DNA of 10,771 nt. Origin: Candidatus Rifleibacteriota bacterium. GTDB lineage: Bacteria; Muiribacteriota; Ozemobacteria; Ozemobacterales; Ozemobacteraceae. The notes under the pieces are model-generated. The model worked only from the letters and a program-made list of their open reading frames with translations, was not told the DNA's origin and did no database searches. The DNA lies in the NCBI GenBank assembly GCA_051747585.1, contig JBNJGH010000109.1:1-10771 (forward strand), written 5' to 3'. The translations under genes and the position numbers were made by a program. Shown one piece after another: positions 1-6,789 of the stretch; position 1 is the first letter of the stretch; the number at the start of each line of letters is the position of its first letter.

Positions 1-639
1 AAAGCGGTTAAATCAGGTGATAAATTGCCTCCGGTATTACCTATAGTCCTTTATAACGGCGAACTATGCTGGAGCGCTCCGACTAATATCAAAGAGAATA
101 TAACAACTGTCCCTAGAGGATTTGAAAAATATACCCCTGATTTTCAATATCTCTTAATTGATGAGGGCACGATTGGTAATGCCGAACTGGAAAGTTTGCA
201 AACCCTTGTTTCAGCACTTTTTCAGCTTGAGCGCCAACAAACACCCGAAACAGTAAGAAATATCGTATCAAAATTAATTGATTGGCTCAAGAAACCTGAA
301 CAACAAAGTCTTAGAAGAGCCTTTACCGTCTGGCTGGGACGAGTAATTTTGCCCAGTCGTTATCCCGATGCATCAATACCCGAATTTGATGATTTACAGG
401 AGGTTAATGCCATGCTGTCTGAAACTGTTAAATCCTGGCCTGCCAAATGGATGGCAGAAGGAGAAAAACGCGGAGAAAAACGCGGAGAAAAACGTGGAGA
501 GGCTATAATTTGCAAAAGAATGCACGAAAATGGCTTATCGATTGAGAAAATTGCTGAATTTACCGGTCTCAGCCCTGAAAATGTTTTAAATTTAATAGAA
601 GAAATCGACTCTGTTCAGGAGCCCGCAGAAAAATACTGA
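1..639 (+). CDS. Rpn family recombination-promoting nuclease / YhgA-like putative transposase (PD-(D/E)XK family), 5'-truncated
   Basis: Frame 1 is open from base 1 (KAVKSGDKLPPVLPIVLYNG...), so the TTG at 25 is probably not the true start. The LPPVLPIVLYNG..W and PDFQYLLID motifs, GEKRGEKRGE repeats and the C-terminal 'GLSIEKIAEFTGLS' helix-turn-helix-like tail are typical of this family. Stop TGA at 637-639. Confidence 0.88.
   Translation, partial: KAVKSGDKLPPVLPIVLYNGELCWSAPTNIKENITTVPRGFEKYTPDFQYLLIDEGTIGNAELESLQTLVSALFQLERQQTPETVRNIVSKLIDWLKKPEQQSLRRAFTVWLGRVILPSRYPDASIPEFDDLQEVNAMLSETVKSWPAKWMAEGEKRGEKRGEKRGEAIICKRMHENGLSIEKIAEFTGLSPENVLNLIEEIDSVQEPAEKY
412..639 (+). CDS. Putative internally translated small Rpn C-terminal product (Rpn-S-like intragenic antitoxin), 75 aa
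   Basis: Strong Shine-Dalgarno AGGAGGT at 398-404, then an in-frame ATG at 412 (MLSETVKSWPAKW...). It lies just before the GEKR repeats, where Rpn small products are known to start. Confidence 0.65.
   Translation: MLSETVKSWPAKWMAEGEKRGEKRGEKRGEAIICKRMHENGLSIEKIAEFTGLSPENVLNLIEEIDSVQEPAEKY
460..500 (+). repeat. 12-bp tandem repeat GGAGAAAAACGC x3.4 encoding GEKR repeats
   Basis: Units at 460-471, 472-483, 484-495 (last base T) and a partial unit at 496-500. Confidence 0.95.
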
Positions 640-649
640 GCACACAGGC

Positions 650-1089
650 TATTTTTTTCTTTGTGAACCCAGTGGCGTGGCGGCTTGGTGTGAGGTCCGC
701 ATCACACGGAGTCGCCAAGGCGCAAAGAACACTAAGAATTAATAAAAATCATTAAATATTAATCGATAGCCGAAACCCGATGGCGATAGCGACCCCGAAC
801 AAAATATCGCAATTCGGTATCGGGATCGGAACTCTCTTTTCGATTGTATTCTTCTCTTCGTGAATCCAGTGGCTTAGGGGCTTGGCGTGAGGATTTTGCA
901 TCACACGGAGCCACTAAGACACCAAGATCACTAAGAAATAATAAAAATCATTAAATATTAATCGATAGCCGAAACCCGATGGCGATAGCGACCCCGAACA
1001 AAATATCGCAATTCGGTATCGGGATCGGAACTCTCTTTTCGATTGTATTCTTCTTCTTTGTGAACCCATTGGCTCAGCGGCTTTGTGTG
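650..1089. repeat. Tandem array of a ~199-bp composite palindromic unit (~2.2 copies): variable family-A hairpin plus invariant family-B hairpin segment
   Basis: 740-855 is identical to 939-1054 (116 bp, offset 199). Family-A arms lie at 650-693(+)/702-738(-), 853-890(+)/901-938(-), with an unpaired arm at 1053-1089(+). The B segment folds as aatcga..ccgaaacccgat..gcgata / tatcgc..atcgggatcgg..tcgatt. Confidence 0.92.
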
Positions 1090-1100
1090 CTGCTGTCTTA

Positions 1101-1222
1101 TTTCGTGCTCGTGCTCGTAATCGTTGTCGATTTTAGTTCGATGCCCGATTACGATAACGAGCACCGCTACGCTGAGCACGAGAAAGAAAGTTTATCGACA
1201 ACGATAGCGATGGCGATAGCGA
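1101..1222. repeat. Family-C palindromic repeat built from hexamer-like units (gtgctc, gtaatc / gattac, gagcac), followed by a family-B-like (gcgata/gcgatg) remnant
   Basis: ttcgtgctcgtgctcgtaatcgt (1102-1124) is imperfectly complementary to cgattacgataacgagcac...gagcacgagaa (1146-1184). atcgttgtcgat (1120-1131) is the exact reverse complement of atcgacaacgat (1194-1205). gatggcgatagcga at 1209-1222 also occurs at 779-792 and 978-991. Confidence 0.8.
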
Positions 1223-1246
1223 AGACAGAGAGGGTACCAATACAGA

Positions 1247-1262
1247 TATAATATGATACAAT
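1247..1262 (+). promoter_or_regulatory. Possible sigma70-type -10 elements for the TPR-pilin-cyclase operon
   Basis: TATAAT at 1247-1252 and an extended -10-like TG-A-TACAAT at 1254-1262, shortly before the ATG at 1273. No convincing -35. Confidence 0.3.
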
Positions 1263-1272
1263 ATAGACAGGT

Positions 1273-2781
1273 ATGGTAAGGATTGGGAAAAAAATAACTG
1301 CGCTGATTTTAATCGGCTTGTTTTTTTGTCTTGCGGGCAGCTCGAGCTTGATGGCGCTTTCTTCACAGGCTCGGGAGTATTTGCGCAAGGCTGAAGTGTT
1401 TTTTGAGCGGGGAGTGCTTAAAAATGCCCGCGACAATTATCGGCGGGCAAAAAAAATAGCCCCTGAGAGTGATGAAATCAAAGAATTTGGCAATAAGCTC
1501 AAAGTAGCTTTGAATGAAAAAGAAGAAGAATTGCGCAAGAGAATAGAATTTTACCTGCAGGCTAAAAATATAGAAGAAGCTGAAAAAAAAGTTCGCGAGC
1601 TTCTGGTATTGAGTTCCGACAATAGCTTTGCCAGACAGAAGCTTGAGCATATAAATTCCGTAAAAGAAAAGGTACAGGAATATAAAAACAAAGGAATTAC
1701 AGTTGTGCCGGGTATGGGTCGTTCTTATGATGTTGAGTTCTATTCGGCAGTTTCTTTGCTGGCAAGAGCCCAGGGCCACTTTGACAATGGCAAGCGGGAG
1801 AAAGCCCTTGAGCTGGTTAATCAGGTGCTTGAGCGCGAACCCGGTCTTAAGGCTGCCTTGAAACTAAAAAAAGAAATTCAACAAATTAACGAACTTCAGA
1901 GGGTCGTAAAAACCGCCAGTGACGCCTTTAAAGAAGGGGAAATGCGCCGGGCGGTAATCGCTTTGAATAATCTGGTGAACAGGTTCCCCGGCAAAGGCGA
2001 ATATCTTTTGCTGCGAGCGCGTGCTTATATAAAACTTGAAAAATACAAAGAAGCAGAAAAAGATTTATGGAAATACTATAGAAACTTCGAAACCAAACCT
2101 GAGGTGATTTATCCGCTCATGGCAGAAATTTATTACGGCCTTGGAAAATACGGCCTCGCTCTGGGTTTTTGTTCTCATGGCGATGAAATTTTTAAAGATC
2201 GGGGTTTCAGATTTTCCTGTTACGTTAATTTTTATCGCTTCGAATTTTCACTGCTGGTAGTTTTGTCGATTGTTTTGACTTTTTCGTTTTATTTTGCCTA
2301 CAGAAATTTCGAGAGCCTGACTTCAAGGTTCCCGCCCGGTGAGTTTACTTCGGGGCTCAAGCTGGCATGGGCGTTTTTCTTCAAAAGCCCGGAGAGCTAT
2401 CTGCCTTTACTGGTAGATTTAGCCAGGGGGCTTAACACTCCATGGCTAAATTATTTTGCCGCCATTTGTCTGTTCAAGGCAGAACAATTAGATGGAGCAC
2501 AACGATTTTTTGCTTACAGCTTTTCTAATGATTCAGTCGCCGGCAGGGCTTATTATTTCTTTGGCCTGACGAGAAAAATGCTTAAACAGAGACTGGCAAA
2601 CCATGATTTTGAAGAGTCGGTTTTAAGTATGCTTGGGAGGCCGCAGAAAGGCTGGTATCCTGATTTTGTTAGAGAAGTTGAAAGACAGTTGATTGGCAAA
2701 TTCAGCGGTCACCCCGAAAAAGAAAGCTATGAATTTATGGCCCTTGAACTTGTAAAAGAACAAACAGGAGAGAGATTATGA
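1273..2781 (+). CDS. Membrane-anchored tetratricopeptide repeat (TPR) protein, 502 aa
   Basis: N-terminal signal peptide (KKITALILIGLFFCLAGSSSLMA). Several TPR-like units (AEVFFERG..NARDNYRRAKKIAP; AQGHFDNGKREKALELVNQVLEREP; ARAYIKLEKYKEAEKD). A hydrophobic helix at aa ~323-343 (nt 2239-2301) is followed by further TPR-like units (YFAAICLFKAEQLDGAQRFF; AYYFFGL). Confidence 0.85.
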   Translation: MVRIGKKITALILIGLFFCLAGSSSLMALSSQAREYLRKAEVFFERGVLKNARDNYRRAKKIAPESDEIKEFGNKLKVALNEKEEELRKRIEFYLQAKNIEEAEKKVRELLVLSSDNSFARQKLEHINSVKEKVQEYKNKGITVVPGMGRSYDVEFYSAVSLLARAQGHFDNGKREKALELVNQVLEREPGLKAALKLKKEIQQINELQRVVKTASDAFKEGEMRRAVIALNNLVNRFPGKGEYLLLRARAYIKLEKYKEAEKDLWKYYRNFETKPEVIYPLMAEIYYGLGKYGLALGFCSHGDEIFKDRGFRFSCYVNFYRFEFSLLVVLSIVLTFSFYFAYRNFESLTSRFPPGEFTSGLKLAWAFFFKSPESYLPLLVDLARGLNTPWLNYFAAICLFKAEQLDGAQRFFAYSFSNDSVAGRAYYFFGLTRKMLKQRLANHDFEESVLSMLGRPQKGWYPDFVREVERQLIGKFSGHPEKESYEFMALELVKEQTGERL

Positions 2782-4967
2782 GGAGACTAATTTTAACCTT
2801 CATTCTGCTGATTTTTATCTGCTCGTTGCCTCAGCCCGCCTATACAATTCACCCGTTGGCAATGGAGTTGTTCAGTAATTGCCTTTTTGACAGCGACTTC
2901 GGGAACCCGGTAGACACTTACGAAGATGTAGATCCGATTACCAACATAGGGCCCACTGTAGCAACTACTGGCCCGATTATTAAACATTCGGTTCTCAATT
3001 CTTTTAAAAACACTGTTGTTCGGGAAAATGTCGGGCGGGCTTTGATTGATAAGATCAACAGCACTAACGGCAGAGTATTGTATGATCCCGGGTTTCTTAA
3101 TTTCATGAAAAAGTTCATGGATCTAGAGGCAGAGGGGGAAGGTGAGTTCGGGGACTGGCATTACGCAGACGTATCGAAAGGCTTCCCGGCAGATTACGAC
3201 CCCGGCGATGATCCACACGTCATGAATTGTTATCTTGGCCTGAAGCCCAGCCCGCCTCCATGGTTTTTTGTTCCGAAGATAACCCTGGAGCCAGATGGAA
3301 AGTCCTGCGTTCATAATCCTGATTTGTGTGATTATGTCAATGTCTGTGAAGAAGCAGTTAAAGATGCCAGCGGAAACGTAATTGTTTCGGCAAAGCATCA
3401 TCAGTCCACCAACAATGTTTATGTGAATCTGGGCAATTATCTTTATAGCCAGTTGCTACCGGGTTTCTCGGTAGATAGCGACCAGAGCGGTATAATATTT
3501 AACATGACTTTTAAAGATCGCACTCCGCCCATTATTCACGGTTGCGTCGGGGGTGAATTTCCTGAAATTGGCACGCCGCCGAATGAGGCGACTACAGGCG
3601 ACTGGTATAAGGTTGATGGCCTTACCATATCTGATAATGACTCTGACTTTATCGGTACCTGTATCTATCTGGGGCAAATTGACGGGTATCCTGACGATAC
3701 GAGTTGGATGGATGCTCAAGAATGGTTCCCTCAGTTGCCTTTTAATAAGGTTCCCAACAACGGCACGACTCAAAATGTAATTATGCCAAATGTTTGTTAT
3801 GGAATTATGCAATACACTATTTTTGCCTGGGATGAAAATGGATTGCTAAACCCCGGCGATCCGAACATCGTCGAAAATCAGCCCCAAATATGCTACGGCT
3901 TGCAGAATCCGCCCTCGGGCTATGCCAATCTCGGCAGAGATCCAGCCACTGCAAAACCATGGCCCCCATCTTTATGGGTTGCGTCGCAAACCGGTTCGAT
4001 AGAGGCGATACCTCCGGATCAAATAGATCCCGATCAAAAAGGAGGTACGGGCAAAATACATGTCAAAGATAATGATTTACCTAATCTGGCAATAAAAATA
4101 AGATCGGTTAAAGATGGTTCGACGCTGTTTTTCCCCCCGGTAGTAGAGCCGCTTGATTTGCCGATTTATTCATGCTCGGATTATAAAAAAAGCAGCGGTC
4201 TGACTGAGCCAAATGCAAAGGATTACGAAAATTTTGTCGGTAATCCGACAAAGGCTGTTTTTACCTCACAACTCGTGAGCAAAACAAAAAGTCTGTATTT
4301 TAAAATACTCGAAGCCTACCCCTCACCTGTTACGACTTCGGCAGAACAATCTTTTCTTGATCGTTTCAAAAACCCATCGAGCGAAAGTGACCGGGATTTT
4401 ATCAGAGAACATTTTCGTCTTGAGGATTACAAGGAATCGGATACAGACCTAAACGGGGATGAAATACTTTCAGACGAGACTACTTTCGGCAGAAGAAATG
4501 GTTTTGGCGGCGAAGTTGTTGCCGTTTTGCAAACACCTTTGCAGGAAGATGTCGAATATCTTATAAGTGTGTGGATGGATGATAACGTCAAATGGGCGAC
4601 GAAATCTCCCACCGGTGGAATTCTTGGCGAAATTCATCCGATACCCACAGGAATTGACGATGGCGAAATAAATATAAAAGTGCCAAATCAAGTTCCGGCT
4701 TTTTCTTACCAGAGACCAATCGACAAAAATGCTGCAATATCGGAAGAAATAAAGGTCGTTTTTCGTGAACCGACAATTGATAACCTTGGTTCTCCACCAA
4801 CCGGTGGCGATAATATAAGTTATTTTCACAATGGCAAATTCCCGTTTATCGAGGTCTGGGTAAAAGATTATTCTGGTTTGCAAAGAAAAATAAAACTCTA
4901 TCTCAGGGTTCATAATGAAAATCCCGATATAAGAATAATTGAAAGCGAGCATGGTAAGTCAGGTTGA
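2778..4967 (+). CDS. Large secreted hypothetical protein, 729 aa (candidate pilus-associated adhesin)
   Basis: ATGA overlap with the TPR gene stop and an upstream AGGAGAG. Signal peptide MRRLILTFILLIFICSLPQPAYT. Rich in Asp, Pro and Gly with about 10 Cys. Beta-sandwich-linker-like motifs DRTPPII and DNDLPNLAI, and a DxDxNG motif (DTDLNGDE). The gene is well supported; its function is inferred only. Confidence 0.8.
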   Translation: MRRLILTFILLIFICSLPQPAYTIHPLAMELFSNCLFDSDFGNPVDTYEDVDPITNIGPTVATTGPIIKHSVLNSFKNTVVRENVGRALIDKINSTNGRVLYDPGFLNFMKKFMDLEAEGEGEFGDWHYADVSKGFPADYDPGDDPHVMNCYLGLKPSPPPWFFVPKITLEPDGKSCVHNPDLCDYVNVCEEAVKDASGNVIVSAKHHQSTNNVYVNLGNYLYSQLLPGFSVDSDQSGIIFNMTFKDRTPPIIHGCVGGEFPEIGTPPNEATTGDWYKVDGLTISDNDSDFIGTCIYLGQIDGYPDDTSWMDAQEWFPQLPFNKVPNNGTTQNVIMPNVCYGIMQYTIFAWDENGLLNPGDPNIVENQPQICYGLQNPPSGYANLGRDPATAKPWPPSLWVASQTGSIEAIPPDQIDPDQKGGTGKIHVKDNDLPNLAIKIRSVKDGSTLFFPPVVEPLDLPIYSCSDYKKSSGLTEPNAKDYENFVGNPTKAVFTSQLVSKTKSLYFKILEAYPSPVTTSAEQSFLDRFKNPSSESDRDFIREHFRLEDYKESDTDLNGDEILSDETTFGRRNGFGGEVVAVLQTPLQEDVEYLISVWMDDNVKWATKSPTGGILGEIHPIPTGIDDGEINIKVPNQVPAFSYQRPIDKNAAISEEIKVVFREPTIDNLGSPPTGGDNISYFHNGKFPFIEVWVKDYSGLQRKIKLYLRVHNENPDIRIIESEHGKSG

Positions 4968-4993
4968 AGTTACGGAGAGGGTTCTAATTCGTT

Positions 4994-5578
4994 ATGGGGC
5001 AACACCAGTTAAAAAAAAAGGGCATAACCCTGGTTGAAATAATGATGGCTCTGGTAATACTTGCACTTGCAGCTTTGCCGGTAATCGGAACTTTTTCGAA
5101 ATATTACGGGGTTGCTTCCCGGCAAATGGATCAGGAAATAGCTTTAAAGATTGCCGAGGCTACCATGAACAAGCTTATGGCCTACAATTATTCTGATATG
5201 ATCTCGGGCGGAACTTTCAGTGTCCCTGTGACTTTTGACACCCCAACGGGAGGTTTCAGCGGCAACTTGAATTTCAATAGTGGAGTAACTTCTTCAACCT
5301 CTGTTACTGTAGGAAAAATTACCTGCAATATATCGGCTCAGATCGAGAAAATTTTTGTCGCTCAAAATCTGGGAGGAATACACACTAATGCTTTGGAGTT
5401 CGAGTATGGGGTCGAACCACCGCCTCCTTCCAGTCCAGGACCACCGCCTCCTCCAGTTGGTATCGCGAGTTATTCGAGTTTTGACGACCATATTGTGATT
5501 AAATTAAGGGTAGATTACGGAAGCGGTCAGAAAGATTTTGTCGAACTGGCGGCCTTCAGAGCGGATATGACTAGATGA
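4994..5578 (+). CDS. Prepilin-type N-terminal cleavage/methylation domain protein (PilV/GspI-like minor pilin), 194 aa
   Basis: Class III signal peptide KKKG|ITLVEIMMALVILALAALPVIG, with Gly-1, Glu+5 and a hydrophobic helix. The 'QEIALKIAEATMNKL' segment resembles PilV-type pilins. Confidence 0.85.
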   Translation: MGQHQLKKKGITLVEIMMALVILALAALPVIGTFSKYYGVASRQMDQEIALKIAEATMNKLMAYNYSDMISGGTFSVPVTFDTPTGGFSGNLNFNSGVTSSTSVTVGKITCNISAQIEKIFVAQNLGGIHTNALEFEYGVEPPPPSSPGPPPPPVGIASYSSFDDHIVIKLRVDYGSGQKDFVELAAFRADMTR

Positions 5579-6120
5579 AGCACTGTAATAGAAAAAGAGG
5601 TATTGCTCTTGCCGTAGTCCTGGTATTTTGTACTGCCTTGCTTGGTTTTATAACCATTTTACTCATGAATACCCGGCAACAGAAGGGAGGTCACGCCAGG
5701 CAATATGAACAGACCAGAGCCTTGCTGGCAGCCAGGTCGGCCATGCAACTTGCCGTCTATAAGTTCAGGGTGCTGGTCTCGGAGTTTTATAAAATACATG
5801 AAATTGAAAATGACTTGAGAGATTCACCCAGCGATACTACTCTTCAAGCAAAACTCGATGCCTATAACAATGTCTGGCTGGCAGATATGGATACGGATAC
5901 GCCCGGTTCCCCGGCCGAAAAGATTAAAAATAGTCTGGATGCTGTCGATACTGTGAATATAAGCGGTGGTCATAGTTTCAAAGTTGAAGAGTTCAAACTT
6001 GTTTCTAAACAGAGTAAGGGTTACGTCAAAGATTATGTGAAAATAAGAGTATCGGGAAGTTACGGAAACAGTGAAAAAATACTGGAGGACCTTATTGAAG
6101 TTCAAATTGCTGCGCCCTGA
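5575..6120 (+). CDS. PilX/GspK-like minor pilin (no Glu+5), 181 aa
   Basis: ATGA overlap with the upstream gene. RKRG|IALAVVLVFCTALLGFITILL has a hydrophobic residue at +5. The 'EQTRALLAARSAMQLA' and C-terminal 'VKIRVSGSYG' segments match the PilX N-terminal-family pattern. Confidence 0.78.
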   Translation: MKHCNRKRGIALAVVLVFCTALLGFITILLMNTRQQKGGHARQYEQTRALLAARSAMQLAVYKFRVLVSEFYKIHEIENDLRDSPSDTTLQAKLDAYNNVWLADMDTDTPGSPAEKIKNSLDAVDTVNISGGHSFKVEEFKLVSKQSKGYVKDYVKIRVSGSYGNSEKILEDLIEVQIAAP

Positions 6121-6781
6121 AAAAAGAGCTTCAGGTTTTACCATAGTTGAAGTAGTAATCGCTATTCTGGTTTTTGCAGTGTTTGCCGGAATACTGATGT
6201 CTCTTTACAGTGGCAGCAGTGACTCGTTTAAAATTACGAGCTGGAAGCAAAAAAGAACCGCTGAATCAGCTATCTTCTGGGCATTTTTGCGCAAGCATCT
6301 TGAAGAAGCGACAAATGAGCTGGAAGTTGAACAGTACATGCAGAATCCGGATATTACCGTAAATATAAAGCCATGTAAATTTCATCCGAATCCTGACGCA
6401 GCAAGTGGCAATATTCTGGTTTGGAATTGTTCCAAGGTTAATTTTCAATTTGCCCCCTCAGCAAATCACACAGTAGAACACAGCATTTTTAAGCTTGTGC
6501 GCAGTAATCGAAAAATCGAGCTGAAAGATGGCGGAAAAGCAATTGCGCAAATACATGATGTCGATTCTGTTGCGCTCAAAGTGACATCGATAAAAAAACA
6601 GGCCGACAATCAGGAAATTGTGATCGATGGTCCCGATGCTGATGCAATAGGCGCGATCATAGAAATTTCATTAGTTTTGACGCCTCCCAAAGGCTATATG
6701 GCAAAAGATTTAAAAATTGTTCAGAATCACAAGTTTCGTATTAATGTTGCAGCAATATCAGACACTGCACCAGATTATTAG
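6095..6781 (+). CDS. Prepilin-type N-terminal cleavage/methylation domain protein (PilW/FimU/GspJ-like)
   Basis: KRASG|FTIVEVVIAILVFAVFAGILMSL is a canonical GFxxxE motif. The ORF track starts at GTG 6071, but GGAGG at 6084-6088 precedes an in-frame TTG at 6095, which gives the more typical short basic leader MKFKLLRPEKRASG. Confidence 0.83.
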   Translation: MKFKLLRPEKRASGFTIVEVVIAILVFAVFAGILMSLYSGSSDSFKITSWKQKRTAESAIFWAFLRKHLEEATNELEVEQYMQNPDITVNIKPCKFHPNPDAASGNILVWNCSKVNFQFAPSANHTVEHSIFKLVRSNRKIELKDGGKAIAQIHDVDSVALKVTSIKKQADNQEIVIDGPDADAIGAIIEISLVLTPPKGYMAKDLKIVQNHKFRINVAAISDTAPDY

Positions 6782-6789
6782 GCTTTTTT

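Noticed and set aside
25..27. TTG at 25 as the start of the Rpn gene
   Set aside because: The frame is open to the window edge and the N-terminal nuclease motifs are missing, so the gene most likely starts upstream.
650..1089. CRISPR array
   Set aside because: The constant segment is 116 bp, the variable parts are homologous palindromes rather than unique spacers, there are only ~2 units, and no cas genes are present.
1..1222. Rpn plus downstream repeats as a classical IS element with terminal inverted repeats
   Set aside because: The left end is not visible, no target duplication is identifiable, and transposition is not established for Rpn/YhgA proteins.
958..1436. Short ORFs 958-1179(-), 979-1251(+), 1133-1366(-) and 1167-1436(-)
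   Set aside because: They are translations of palindromic hexamer repeats (DYEHEHE, VLVLVIVV, IAIAIAIV) or antisense overlaps of the TPR gene, with no independent coding evidence.
5011..5019. A9 homopolymer in the prepilin leader as a phase-variation tract
   Set aside because: It encodes the expected basic KKK leader, and similar A/T runs occur throughout this AT-rich window, with all frames intact.
6071..6094. GTG 6071 as the start of the third pilin
   Set aside because: TTG 6095 has a well-spaced GGAGG and gives a more typical leader with a smaller overlap. GTG 6071 is not strictly excluded.
4994..6781. Assigning definite gene symbols (pilV/pilX/pilW or gspI/K/J) or calling a complete T4P/T2SS locus
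   Set aside because: The N-terminal motifs cannot distinguish T4P, T2SS or competence pseudopilins, and the core machinery genes are absent from the window.
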